Shown here: positions 1-13,635 of the stretch, one piece after another
Layout: each line of letters opens with the position of its first letter
Position numbering within the stretch: the stretch's first letter is position 1
Assembly (NCBI GenBank): GCA_951406725.2
Contig: OX597823.1
Coordinates: 113,088,001 to 113,152,000 of the forward strand
Length of the DNA stretch: 64,000 nt
Direction of reading: 5' to 3'
Source: Octopus vulgaris
Lineage: Eukaryota
Program-made: the position numbers and the translations under genes
The notes under the pieces: model-generated
What the model saw: only the letters and a program-made list of their open reading frames with translations
The model's database searches: none
Told to the model about the DNA's origin: nothing

Positions 1-1089
1 AACAGCATAACCCACTCTGGAGCAGAAAACGTTAATGTATATCTGCATATAAATTCTGTGTATCATTTCATCATGTTCTCTGTATTCTAATGTCCATCAT
101 CACCACTATAAACTATTTTTACAACGTATCTATTATATAGCTTTGCAGCGTCTCTAGTTTTAAACATTCAAACTCACTGTTTCTACATTACTGATCAAAT
201 ATTCACAATACCATATACGTTAAATATACACAGGAAATATAGAATTATTCTGAATTTCTTTAAGACGATACACATTATACACTTTAACGTATGCATTTGA
301 ATTATGCAGGTGCAGTAGAAAGGTAGAATTAAGCAGGTGCAGTAAAAAGGTTCTTTTTAGAACCTTTTATTACCAGTATAAGTTATTACCTGGAATTTGA
401 GTTGTAGAAATGCATTCTTATGTACATGGTAATATATAGAATTAATTAATTCATTAATTCCCCCTGTAGTATGCACGTAATTTTCCCAGAATATATTTAA
501 TTGATTTTCTTTAAACTAAAACATTGTTATGCGTATATGTATTGTATCATAGAAACTGAAACCCTTATAATTACAGAATTTGTCACATTTCCCCTTTCAA
601 TTATTATGCCCCATGAGTTTTAGAATAAAGAGAGGAAAAAGATAAATCGAAACTGGTAAGAGACGAACAGTTAGATGGAGAAAGAAATGATGACAAGAAC
701 GGCAATAATTATATTGGCTTAGCGCCATCTTGATTTGTTCCTCAGTCGAGAAGTATGCACATTCTGACAGGAAATAGGCAAACGCAATCTCAGATGAATT
801 GGAATATCTCCAATTTTGGTAAGAGGCCACTAATCCACTAAAGATTCGATATTTCATTTAGTTTCCTTAAGGTTTTGCCAAACCGCGTGTCATTTATAAA
901 ACTATAGAATCACTTGGTGCCAGATTCAAATCATTGGATTTCCCGAAATAAATGACCTGAAGAGATAAAAAAAAGAAATGTTAGGCAACATCACTTTATG
1001 TAGCCGCATAAATATTTTCCTTGTAATTTTATGTAGTATAATTAGCAAAAGTTTGATTGAACAGGTACCTGCAATAACATGGAAAAAAC

Positions 1090-1100
1090 TACTGCTGCTG

Positions 1101-1179
<79 letters not shown>

Positions 1180-1287
1180 CGCTGCTGCTGCTGCTAGTGC
1201 TACTTCTGTTGCTGCTTCTGCTGTGCATGGTGATGATTACGACGATGAGTATAATACTAATAATGATATGATAATAATAATAATAAT

Positions 1288-1331
<44 letters not shown>

Positions 1332-1340
1332 TGATGATGA

Positions 1341-1375
<35 letters not shown>

Positions 1376-1391
1376 ATAATGCTAATAATGC

Positions 1392-1440
<49 letters not shown>
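1090..1440. repeat. Compound trinucleotide microsatellite (CTA/CTG/AAT/GAT/GGT) ending in (AAT)n
   Basis: Directly visible tandem triplets; the last ~50 bp are (AAT)n abutting the Dong element. Confidence 0.95.
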
Positions 1441-3012
1441 GACCACAAATTCAGTCGTGTTAGATGTTGACACAGTCATAAGAGAGCTTGAGCAAGAACA
1501 AACATACAAATATTTAGGGATAAATGAAGGCTCTGGTATTCAGCATGCAAGCATGAAAGAGAAAATTAGGAAGGAATGCTATAGGAGAGTTCGTGCAGTC
1601 CTGAAATCTGAACTAAATGCACGTAACAAGGTGTTAGCTATAAATTCCTTAGCAGTTCCAGTTGTTACTTATAGCTGCAATGTGTTGAACTGGAATATGA
1701 GTGAAGTAAAGAATATAGATAGAAAAATACGCAAGCTGCTGAGTTGTAATAGGATGCACCACCCAAAGGCAGACGTAGATCGCCTTTACCTTCCCAGAGC
1801 CCAAGGAGGTCGAGGCCTGATCCAATTTGAACTAGCTTAGAAAACAACCACAATTGGACTGGCCAAATATCTCGAAATATCGAATGACTGGATGCTAAAG
1901 CTCGTGGAAAATCACGAGAGACGAAAGAAGCTTCATTCTAACATAAAGGAAAGCAAAAAATTTGCTATTGATCTCGTGCAGGATACCTAAACTGAACAAC
2001 CCGAGGGAAGTACGGCAACTATTGTTGCAAAGAAGGTGAAAATGATGGCAATGAAAAAAGCGCACGAGCAATTGGCTGATAGGTGGGAGGAGAAACCTCT
2101 GCACGGCAAATATGTGACCCGCAGCAAACAAGCTGATGTTGACCAGAAGCAAACCCATCAGTGGCTACGGAGCTCAGCGCTAAAAGCAGAGAGCGAAGGT
2201 TTCATCCTGGCTGCTCAAGATCAAAGCCTATTAACCCGGAACTACCAGGCCAATGTGATGAAAAATGGAGCAGATCCAAAATGCCGATTCTGCAACGACA
2301 TGATTGAAACAGTGGACCACCTAATCTCTGGATGTAAAGTCTTAGCACCAGTGGAGTATAAATTAAGACATGACAGAGTTGGCCAATATCTCCACTGGCT
2401 AATAAGTCGGCATTACAATATCAAAACTGCCGACAAGTGGTATAATCACCACCCTGAGGCTGTAACTGAAGGAGAAAATGTAACCATTCTGTGGGACTTT
2501 CCAGTACATACAGACCGAACCATCAAGGCCAATAAACCAGATATTGTTGTGAAAGACCAAAACAATAAAGTTTGCTTATTGATCGACATGAGCATCCCTG
2601 TGATCATAATATCTCAGCGAAAGAGTTTGACAAGCTCAGAAAATATAAAGACCTGCTCATTGAAATTGAGAAAATGTGGCATCTCAAGGCGGTTACAATA
2701 ACAGTGATCGTAGGAGCACTAGGAATGATCAAGAAGGGAACCGAAAATTATATGAGAATGATCCCTGGCTTTCCATCCCTGCAAGAAGTGCAAAAGATTG
2801 TCTGAACTGGTACATCACACGTATTGAGAAGAGCATTGTCGATGTGAGAACTATTACTACCCATGTATTTTAATTTAACTTTAAAAAAAAAATGAACGAA
2901 CTAGTGAGTTTAGTTTAATGGCCTACCAATGTATACTATGAGTTTCTTTGCCCTAGGAGTCGGGAAGACACTCGGCAAGAAATGGAAGAAAATTTGAAAG
3001 AAGAAGAAAAAA

Positions 3013-3014
<2 letters not shown>
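1439..3014 (+). mobile_element. 5'-truncated R4/Dong-clade RLE non-LTR retrotransposon in (AAT)n
   Basis: RT C-terminal motifs YKYLGI, AINSLAVPVVTYS, HHPKADVDRLYLPR..GGRGL; AAQDQSL; CCHC finger CRFC...ETVDHLISGC; RLE motif KPDIVV...LIDMSIP..K..KYKDL. Premature stops at 1838, 1988 and 2803, frameshift ~2597. (AAT)n on both flanks. Confidence 0.9.

Positions 3015-3073
<59 letters not shown>
3015..3073. repeat. (TAA)n microsatellite at the Dong 3' junction
   Basis: Perfect triplet run. Confidence 0.95.
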
Positions 3074-3074
<1 letters not shown>

Positions 3075-3554
3075 GTGCTATCTGTCTGCGGGCCTTGTTG
3101 TGACTTGACAGATGACTAAAGACTTTGGGGCAATTTTACCTACTGATAATAAAAATGATAATGATGATGATGTGATTCTAATCTGTTTTTAAATTAAGGT
3201 ACATCGTCAGTCGTTTGTGGGGAGAAAATCGATCGATCCCATCGATTCCGGATTTCATCTGGTTCTTATTTTATTGATTAGGATATTTTGAAAGCGAAGA
3301 GGACCTCGGCAGCATTTCAATGCAGAACGTAAATCACCATAACAAAATCTAAGAAAACATTTTGTTAGATGAAATTATCACCGTGCAACAACAATAGAGC
3401 TGGGTTTGTGTACTCAACCACATTTACCTAGTGCCTGTAGGGAGCTGGTTTTATGAATTGTAGAGGGATAAAATGTAATAATTGAACTTAGAATATAAAT
3501 GGGCGTAACTGAAACACTTCAATATTACGAGTTCTTTGCAATGCATCACATTTT

Positions 3555-3562
3555 GGTGGTGG

Positions 3563-3608
<46 letters not shown>

Positions 3609-3855
3609 GGTGGTGGTGGTGGTGGTATTGGTGGCGGTGGTGGTGGCGTTGGTAGTAGTGGTGGTGGTGGTGGTGGTAGTGGTGGTGGTGGTGGTGGTGG
3701 TGGTGGTGGTGGTGGTGGTGGTGGTGGTGGTGGTGGTGGTGATGATGATGGTGGTGGTAGTGATGATGATGGTGATGGTGATGGTGGTGATGATGATGAT
3801 CATGGTGGTGGTGGTGGTGGTGGTGGTGATAATGATGATGATGATGATGATGGAA
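3555..3855. repeat. (GGT)n/(GAT)n compound microsatellite
   Basis: Visible triplet runs. Confidence 0.95.
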
Positions 3856-4580
3856 TGAGAAGCAAACAAGGACACAAAGGAAAGAAATTAAAGAATGAAA
3901 GGGAAAGAGAACAATATGAGAATAGAAATATAAGGTTGATAATTAAAAAAAATAATGAAAATATTTTATTTTAAATTGGAACAGCCATTAAATTAGTGAA
4001 ATGGATTTTCACAGTGATGTTAATAGCAAGGCAAGAAAAAAAAAACAGAAATCAGTAGGAAATCCAGACACGAGGAAGAGAATTGCTGTATTAAAAAGGG
4101 TGCTACGAACGAATATTGAGTATTTTGCTTCAGTTTGTTTCCTTAAAGCAATGAAGACTCCACAATTGAAAACTGTTATTTCATTTTCCAAAAATTATTA
4201 ACGTAAATGGCTATTATGTGCGAATAGTATTCTAAAATAGAAAACGAAAAAGAAAATTATTGAAACTATGAAAATAATGAGACACACCTATCAATCTTGA
4301 TTACAACCACAGTAAGGTTAACGCACTCTCAAACACATAAGCACGCATGCGCATATCCAAACACATAATGGAGCTGACGATACGAATACAAATTAAGGAA
4401 TTCACTATTAATTACAGTTTATAGAAAAACAAAATGGGGAGTATTTCATTATTCATGACGTATTGTCAGTTCCATAGTTTTGTATATAATACTCGTACTT
4501 CAGCACTGAAATCTTGAAAATAGCAAAGGAAGACGGCGCAGCAGAACAAGAATTATTATATAATGCTGTGAACTGGCTGC

Positions 4581-4986
4581 ATAGGCGCAGGAGTGGCTGT
4601 GTGGTAAGTAACTTGCTTACCAACCACATGGTTCCGGGTTCATTCCCACTGCGTGGCACCTTGGGCAAGTGTCCTCTACTATAGTCTTGGGCCGACCAAT
4701 GCTTCGTGAGTGAATTTGGTAGACGGAAACTGAAAGAAGCCCGTCGTATATATGTACATATATTTGTGCGTGTGTGTTTGTGTTTGTGTCTGTGTTTGTC
4801 CCCCAACATCGCTTGATGCTGGGGTATTTTTACGTCCCCCTAACGTAGCGGTTTGGCAAAAGAGACCAATAGAATAAGTACTAGGCTTACAAACAATAAG
4901 TCCTGGGGTCGATTTGCTCGACTAAAGGCGGTGCTCCAGCATGACCTCAGTCAAATGACTGAAACAAGTAAAAGAGAGTAAAGAGT
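4581..4986 (+). mobile_element. tRNA-derived SINE, family 1 (near full length)
   Basis: A-box-like TGGCTGTGTGG and B-box-like GGTTCATTCCC, body GGCACCTTGGGCAAGTG, internal (TG)n, tail GACTGAAACAAGTAAAAGAG; related copies at 27.8, 42.4, 54.2 and 61.2 kb. Confidence 0.85.
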
Positions 4987-5469
4987 ATACACACTCACAT
5001 ACACGTACACAAACACATACACACACACACACATACACATCTTCACACACAAAGACATGCACAGGCACAGACATGTTTACAGTATGGTTATTTTACTGTT
5101 GTTGTTGTTGTTGCTGTTGTTGGTTATTTCTACATCAGTCTTGATCAAGTAATCCTATGATTCATGCAGTTTCTATAATCCTTATCTTTCGCACTGTAAA
5201 GACTATCTAGAACAATGGAACCTATTATATTTCCCTTAAGCTCGGACGCGTATAAGGATGTGCTTCAAAGATGTACTTAATTCTAGTTTCAGGAAAGGGA
5301 CCGCTTTATGTCATTTTGCAAAAGAAAAAACAAGAAAAGAAAGGTAATAATTACAATAATGCTTTTCTTCGTTTTGCCACAATGGTGACGAATGATAAGA
5401 TATTAAAATGAAAATTTTCAAAAGCTTTTAAACCAATAAAACAATAATAATATCTGTAAGTTCGTGGTT

Positions 5470-5850
5470 GGGGTAAGTCGATTAGATTGACACCAATAAT
5501 CAATTACTACTTATTTTATCGACTCCGAAAGGTTGAAAGGTAAAGTCAATCTCAGAAGATTTCAATTTAGAAAGTAAAGACGGACGAAATGCCACATTGT
5601 ATTTTCTCCGGCTTGCTAACCGCAAGCTCACCGCTTTTCTAATTTAAATAAAAGTAAAAAAGATAAAGGTTTCAAATTGGACGGGGGTTATTCACTTACA
5701 TTGTCAGCGGTTAACTGTTACGTATTTAATTCATCCCAAAGAGTAAAAAGCAAAGTCGACCCCGGCAGAACTTGAAGTCAGAATGTAAAAACGGACGAAA
5801 TGCCGCTAAGCATTGCGCTTGGTTTTCTAACGATTCCGCCAGCTCACCGC
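5470..5850 (-). mobile_element. Two adjacent degenerate copies of tRNA-derived SINE family 2
   Basis: Two repeats of GAAAGG..GAAAGG.AAAGTC.ACC..GG..GA.TT.AA.T.AGAA.GTAAA.ACGGACGAAATGCC, matching copies at 50.3 and 54.5 kb. Confidence 0.7.
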
Positions 5851-5854
5851 ATTT

Positions 5855-5912
5855 ATAATAATAATAATTATAACAATAATAATAATAATAATGATGATGA
5901 TGGTGATAATAA

Positions 5913-5944
<32 letters not shown>

Positions 5945-5989
5945 ATAGTAGTAGTAGTAATAGTAGTGGTAGTAGTAGTAGTAGTAGTG

Positions 5990-6052
<63 letters not shown>

Positions 6053-6064
6053 ATAATGATAACG

Positions 6065-6116
<52 letters not shown>

Positions 6117-6120
6117 CAAT
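5855..6120. repeat. (AAT)n/(AGT)n compound microsatellite
   Basis: Visible triplet runs. Confidence 0.95.
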
Positions 6121-7143
6121 ATAGGGACAGATAAGTGTGGAAGAGTGCATGCTTGTAGAACTCGAGAGCTTAATGAGGTGCCGAGCCCAAAGTAAGGAAA
6201 CTCTTTGTTAGTGAAAAAGTTAGGAAAGGGGGAGTATTGACAGCAGAAACTAAAAGGGAATACAAAGAAAGATGTACAAAAAGGACATGAAGCAGAATCA
6301 CGCAAGAAGGGCCTAAACAGTCAATTCCATGTAACCACAACAGAAGTTACTGGAAAATTGGTGGGATTGGCTGATGAAAGGAACTCTAAAAAAAGAGACC
6401 CAGAGCACTATACTAGCAGCGCAGGACCAAGCTTTGGCCATGAACTGGAGAATCAACTTGAGGAATGAGCAAGTGTCTCAGCTATGCTGCATCTGCAATA
6501 GAATGAATGAAAACAGTGTCTATATCACGAACGAATGCCTTGGACTTGCCTCAAATTGTGGTGGTGCGGCTACGTATTGAGGGACCCACATTGGAAGCTG
6601 TGTTAAAAGTGGGGACCAGAGAGAGAGACAATACGTGGTATGAGCACAAATTGCAGAGAGTGGAGGAGTCAGACACTAGGAAAATCTTCTGACATTTCCC
6701 AATCCAAACAGATCAGGTGTTGAGCATAACAGCCCGGTCCTAGTGATGGTGGACAAGGTGCACCATATAAGCTACATAGTCGATTTTGCATGCCCCTTTG
6801 ACCCACGAATAGTCAAGAAAAAAGTCGGAAAGACAGATAGCTACAGCTCTCATAAGTACGAAATAGCCGGGCTATACAAAATGGAAAAGGTGAAGATAGC
6901 GCCAATTATTGTTGAGTCTTTGTGAACAATGTGAGAAGATATCAAGAGGAATATAAAGGAAATTGGAATAGAATTCCCAGTAGAACAGTTACAAAAGGTC
7001 TACCTCTTTGGCACGGTCAGAATAATTAGGGGAGTATTAGACAGCTGAAAAAAATGGATAGCATGGTATCTTAGGCTGTAGGTAGTAAGCCCGCTACGCA
7101 TGCAATACTCCAGGATCTCCAGCAAAACCTGTGATAAAGAGAA

Positions 7144-7144
<1 letters not shown>
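6121..7144 (+). mobile_element. Degenerate 5'-truncated R4/Dong element in (AAT)n
   Basis: LKKETQSTILAAQDQAL, decayed finger LCCICNR, WYEH, YIVDFACPFD, PIIVESL, LFGTVRIIR; flanked by (AAT)n at 6060-6120 and 7145-7227. Confidence 0.8.
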
Positions 7145-7220
<76 letters not shown>

Positions 7221-7227
7221 TAATAAT

Positions 7228-7396
7228 CCTTTCTACTATAGGTACAAGGGCCTGAAATTTGGGTGAGGGGAATAGTTGATTACATCTTAACTGGTTCTAT
7301 TTTATCGACCCCGATTGGATGACAAGCAAAGTCGACCTTGGCGGAATTTGAACTCAGAACGGCGAAATAGTGGTAACAATTCTGTCAGCTCACTCC
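7228..7396 (-). mobile_element. SINE family 2 copy
   Basis: CCTTTCTACTATAGG...CCTGAAATTT...TATCGACCCC...AAAGTCGACCTTGGCGGAATTTGAACTCAGAAC (reverse B-box). Confidence 0.8.
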
Positions 7397-8254
7397 CTTA
7401 ACAACAACAACAACAGCAACAACAATAACAACAACAATAACAACAACAACAACAACATACAACAACAACAACAACAGCAGTAATCAGTAAATACATTTAG
7501 TGAGAATCTTAGGGAAAAAAGATTGTTAAAGATACAGAAGCTGTATGGAAATAATGGTTGATTCAGGTTTAGTTTGCACATGGAGGTTTGTGAAGATGCT
7601 GTCGGTGATGAGGTGTGGAAGATGTTGAAACTTTGGCAACACTTAACTGATATTTATATTGAGAATTTAAAGAGAAGTAAAAAAAAATATCTCATATCAC
7701 AATTTCAAGTCGATTTTTTAAGATTAATTTAAATTGACATTTGTAGAATGAAAAATCATGGTTGGATATTTCTAGAATACAGGAATAAAAAGAAAAAATA
7801 AAACGATAAAACATGCGAGGAAGGAGAAAGAGAGTGATGCGGAGGTGGAGCGAGAGAAAAAATAGAGGAGAGACAAGTGAGAAAGTGAAATTGAGATATG
7901 TGTTAGGCAGATGTGGAGAATAAGAGAAAGAAAGAGAGCGAGAGAGAGAGAGAGAGAGAGAAGGAGAGGTGAGAGAAAGAGAGAGAGAAAGCGGAAACAG
8001 ATAGCTAAATATAAGAGCCAGGGAAGAGAAAAAAAGGAAGTGAAATTTAGATAGAGAAGGAAAAGTAGAGCAGGAAACGTAATATCTCTCTCTGACCCCG
8101 TTCCCACTCTTTCCCATTCTTTCTAGCTTTTCCTCTCTCTGTTTTTCTTACTTACCCTTTCTTTATCTCTCTCTCTCTCTCTCTCTGTACACACATACAC
8201 AAACGTAAACATACATACATACATACACGCATACAAAAGAAGGAGGAGGAAACG

Positions 8255-8312
8255 AAGAAGAAGAAGAAGAAGAAGAAGAAGAAGAAGAAGAAGAAGAAGA
8301 AGAAGAGAAGAA

Positions 8313-8347
<35 letters not shown>

Positions 8348-8450
8348 AGAAGAAGAAGAAGAAGGTGATGGTGATTATGATGATGATGATGAAGATGATG
8401 ACGACGACGACGACGACGACGAGGTCGACGAGGACGTTGATGATGAAGAA
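8255..8450. repeat. (GAA)n/(GAT)n/(GAC)n microsatellite
   Basis: Visible triplet runs. Confidence 0.95.
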
Positions 8451-9673
8451 ACTGAAGACCGTAATGCTATGAGAGTAAAACAGGGGAGGAAGTGGTGGCG
8501 GAGGTGTTGGTTGTGGGTGATCTGCGTCGACAACCCAGATCATTTTTGTTAATAAAAAGAGTTTTAGTGGCAAGTGAAACGTTTAAAATTGATGGTAAAA
8601 TGAAGTGAGATTTGCTGAAAAATGCAATGAAGTTGAAGTATAATAACTAATGGTTGTTATATTTAGATACGGGCGATTTCCATTGTGAGTGCTGACATCT
8701 TGTCTGGAAAAAATAAATAAATAAATAAACAAAAGCAAGACAAACACAGGACAAAGTTGTAAATAAAATACAATCAGCTGCTCATATCAAAATTACATTT
8801 GACATCTTATGAGAATTTCATTGTCAATGTCTGCATAATTGTAGAAATAAAAAATATGGTGTGTTTATTGTATCTCTTTTAATTTTAAACCACCTTATAA
8901 AAACATACTAACACACACGTTTAACTTTTTGTCCCTTATACTTGTTTGTCTCTTTATATTTTCTCAGTACAACGTTTTACGTGAACCAATTTTATTTTTG
9001 AAAAAAACTAATTTTTTTTTATTACTAAATAAAGTGATTAATTTCCAATTAATCAACGACATTAGTTCAGCATTTTCTATTTCGATATTTATTTCACCAG
9101 AGACTTGGGTCCATGATACTATCTTTAGAAGACGTCCCGAGTTGTAAATTTAAACACAACCAAGAGTTCTACTCATTTGGTATCGGGGTATACTCACATT
9201 CCAGAGAAAATAACAGCTAAGAGAAAAGAATACCAACTTTGATGATAATTTTGCTTTTATATCAGTTGTTATTGTATACTTGATATTGTTTTTGTTGTCA
9301 GGGTTTCGGTCAGCAGAATTGTAGTTAAATGCATTTCAACTGTAAGAGTTCTCTCTGTACAACAAGACTCCAACATACAATATAACTTTCTGACTTTTCT
9401 TTAAATCTACGATATGATTTTAAGAAGCATGTTATTTCCAGCAGCAAAGTCTACCATGTAGTGTATCTATCTTTTGATTTTACCGTTGCGTGTTTAGTTA
9501 GAAATAGAGTTACAGGAAACGGACTATCCTTATGGACCCTCAGACAGCTATAAACAAAGCACACGGTTTATATTTCTATTTCTGATCAAGTATGTCAGAA
9601 TGAAGACGAGTTGGCAAAGAGAAATGATCCAATCTTGAAAGTTCTATTGAGGAAGATTTCAAATATTCGTTTA

Positions 9674-9849
<176 letters not shown>

Positions 9850-10199
9850 ATATGCATATATATATGCATATATATATATATATATATACATATATGTACT
9901 TACGTATATGAATGTATGTTGATTTTTATATAAATATATATATATATATACATATATATATGTATATGTGTGTGTGTGTGCGTGTGTGTATGTGTGGGTG
10001 TGGGTGTATGGGTGGGTGTGTATACATGTGAGAGGAGCATGTACACATAAATATGCGCCTGTATGTATGTGCGTTTGGTAGTTTGTAACGACTGAAATAC
10101 TCCATATACAACAATACAAGTTTTAATCCTTTAACACAAATTCATATGAAGCAGCTAGATCTGGTTCCAAGATACAAAATCTCAAACTCCTGTGACATA

Positions 10200-10880
10200 G
10201 CAAACCTCAAATTAGTGCAAAATTAAGTATTTTACTAAAAAAATGTCAAATTTCAAAACAGTCTTCAAAAGCTTTCACAGCCTTTTGAACTGAGCGTAAG
10301 GATGTTAAAAGATGTGGGGTGGGAAGACATAACCCTGACCGGCGATATCCAGAAAACACCATAGTTTGAGGGAACTTGGTTTTCGTAATACATAGAGCAT
10401 CACTTCGATGGTAAGCAAGCCATCTGTTGCTCTGGGTAGTGTGCAACTTTTCCTCGCAGAAATTCTTTACATCTGTGAAGTACCAGATCATCCCCGGTTC
10501 AATATTATCCCCAGCTTGTTCGTGAGATTCTGTGCTTTTGTCAAGCGAATCTCTTTAACTTTGACTATTAGAATGTGTTCTTCGCAACCCTTTTACGAGT
10601 GGCAGCGAAGTTACTTACAAAGCGTTAACTTCAGGGTGACATCTCCAACACTCACCTCTCTCGCTAAAACTCGGGTATCTTTGCTCGGATCTTTCATCAT
10701 CTTTTCTTTAAGCTGTCAGATGAACCCGGCGTGCGGAGGCCGTCAAAACATGTCCTTGTGTCCCTGCCTGTTTGCCAAGCCTTCACAGTGCCTGATGTAG
10801 ATCTCTATGTCATGTCTTACTGCCATTAGAGTATTCACTGATCATTAAGCAGTCGTCATTATGAAACACCATGGAACTTC
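10200..10880 (-). mobile_element. Decayed Tc1/mariner-superfamily transposase (maT/DD37D-like)
   Basis: Minus-strand peptide MIWYFTDVKNFCEEKLHTTQSNRWLA...TKTKFPQTMVFSG resembles the first catalytic-D block (FSDEKxF...NxQNDR...TKFPxxVMV); HTH-like remnant upstream; stops and frameshifts. Confidence 0.6.
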
Positions 10881-11254
10881 TTTCCAATATTCAGATGTCT
10901 TCCAGTTCTTATTGTCAACCAACATTATCTGGGGCACAGTTTTAATATATTTGCTCTTCAACACCGATGACTGTTCACCAACACAACAAGCTGTTCCTGG
11001 AACAAGGAGAAATAAAAAAAAAATCGTTAAAGTTATTTCGAAGTCAAAATATATTTTCTGTGAAAATTCCGTTTCAGACAAAAAATAAATTCTATATATC
11101 CGGTTATAAAAAGAATAAAGATATTTAAAATTTCTTTCAAATAAAATTTTAAATAAATGCTTTCCAGATATCTTAGAACGGAAAGCAGACTACATATGTC
11201 TTGCCCCACCTCTCTCTCTCTCGCTCTCTTTCTCTCTTTATCCATCCTCCAATC

Positions 11255-11335
11255 TGTATATATATACACACACACACATATATATACATATATATATACA
11301 CACATATCTATATATATATACACATACATATATAC

Positions 11336-11368
<33 letters not shown>

Positions 11369-11372
11369 TGTT

Positions 11373-11418
<46 letters not shown>

Positions 11419-11712
11419 ATATCTATATATATATGCACATACATATATACATACATATATATATACACATTATATATATATATATATATGATTATATATG
11501 TATATATATATGCATGTATGTATATATGTATGTATATATATAGATATATATGTGTGTGTATATATATACATGTATTTATATTAATATATATATATATATA
11601 TATAAACATATATATTACAGATATACTTACGTATACTTACACGCACACATACGCATACTCTCTCTCTCTCACACACACACATACACTCACACACACTCTC
11701 TCTCTCACACAC
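11255..11712. repeat. (TA)n/(CA)n/(CT)n low-complexity tract
   Basis: Visible dinucleotide runs. Confidence 0.95.
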
Positions 11713-13247
11713 AGGCAAACATATACTTATTGTTAATTATTCCGTTGGTTGTGGTAATCATCGAAAAAATTACTCCATGTAGCGAGAGATAAATATTTAT
11801 TTAATACACAGAGAATTCTAAATCGAGCTACAGTGAGTTTCATAATTACAATAGAACTAGGGTGAGGTGATATAGTATGTCGGGTATCATCGGGAACTCT
11901 TTTACACGCAAGACATAGCATGGTTACTCTCTGAAAAAGAAGAGGGAGATAGAACGAGTAAGAACGTGTAAGAAATAAAAAGAGAAGTACGACAACAAAA
12001 AGTAGTCCTGAATGATGGGAACGGTGGTAGGCATTGTGTGTACCCTTGTTACATTATAGCGGGAATGAAAGAAGATTGCAATGGTTATTTCAACGTGGAA
12101 AAGTTTTACGTCTGTGCAACGTTATGTTGAATCAGAAGAGGATGGTATTCTCAAATTCGTTCGGCGAGTTATGTTCCTGAGTAAAGCACTTATTTTGCCT
12201 TGCACCAGTGTACTCGACTAAAAATGAATACCAATCGACTGCTGATGTAGCCCTCTATCCTTCATGGTGCAATATTTGTGAGGCTTCGCTCGGTTATATG
12301 TATCTGTGTCTTACGACAACTTATGCTCATAAAACATTTAGAGAAAACACTGTACAAGCTCCAGTTCATACTCGCTTGTAAATGACGGCCATGCTTTTAA
12401 CTACACTGAGCTTATTATGAAATCCATCCTACTCGTTTCCATCGTACGTAAGAAATATTGAAAATACCGTTCGATTATGAATTTCAAACAGTTAAATGTG
12501 TGATCTGGCAGCTTTAACATACGCTGCAATAATTACGAAAGTTATTAGCCTTAATATACACCTGGAGCCATGTTAGAAGTGTTACAAGCAAAAAAGTTCT
12601 TCATATAATCACCTATTTTGCGGCTACATCACAAAAGTAATTCATTCGGAAATGCAAGCTCGGGTTTTGACACGTAGATACTATTATATATCCAGCGTTG
12701 GTACATATAGAAATATCTAATTCTAGAAGAAAAGCGTATGATGAATTCCTTTCTCAACACATTTGTATTTTATCTTCTTATGAGCAATCTAGTCGGTTTT
12801 ATATTGTCATATTTCAGGTCTTAGGGGAACTCTTGTCTTCTTAGTAGAAAAAGTTAAGACTAACCCGGAAACAACAACAACAAACACTCGATAAAATAAA
12901 AGAAAAGCAACCAAAAAGCAATAAAAACAAAGAAAATCCTTGATGTTCTAAAATTTATTCATCTTGAAAAATGATTCTAAATAAGCTGGATTTATAATAA
13001 AAGTAAAAACGTCGCATGGGATTAGCGTTACCGATTATGTGTCGCGTCATGTTTAACTGTATATCTCCTGAATTAGCTGCTCATATACCAGATCAAGAGA
13101 AACGTCTCCACAAAATATTCAGGATAAGCTTGCAGTTTTTTGTTTTGCGGCCATGTTTTATGTTTCACATATTTTCTTTGCCGGAGACACGTTAAGAAAC
13201 TAGGATTATTGAGTATTAGTACATTGCGTTGCGTATGTACGTATACA

Positions 13248-13319
<72 letters not shown>

Positions 13320-13320
13320 A

Positions 13321-13375
<55 letters not shown>

Positions 13376-13427
13376 AATCTATCTATCTATCTATTTATCT
13401 ATCTATGTATCTATCTATCTATCTATG

Positions 13428-13471
<44 letters not shown>

Positions 13472-13480
13472 CATCTATCC

Positions 13481-13527
<47 letters not shown>

Positions 13528-13536
13528 CATCTATCC

Positions 13537-13607
<71 letters not shown>

Positions 13608-13635
13608 CATCTATCCATCTATCTATCTATCTATC
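13248..13635. repeat. (TATC)n tract 1, upstream of Tx1 copy A
   Basis: ~390 bp of TATC with sparse variants. Confidence 0.95.

Noticed and set aside
926-1509. Poly-S/L/T/I ORFs, and similar ones at 3.5, 5.8, 8.2, 11.2, 26.4, 41.3 and 47.7 kb
   Set aside because: Translations of tri- and dinucleotide microsatellites.
4581-4660. tRNA genes at SINE heads (also 52820-52886 and 61755-61813)
   Set aside because: A/B boxes are present but there is no complete cloverleaf, and each is followed by a SINE body.
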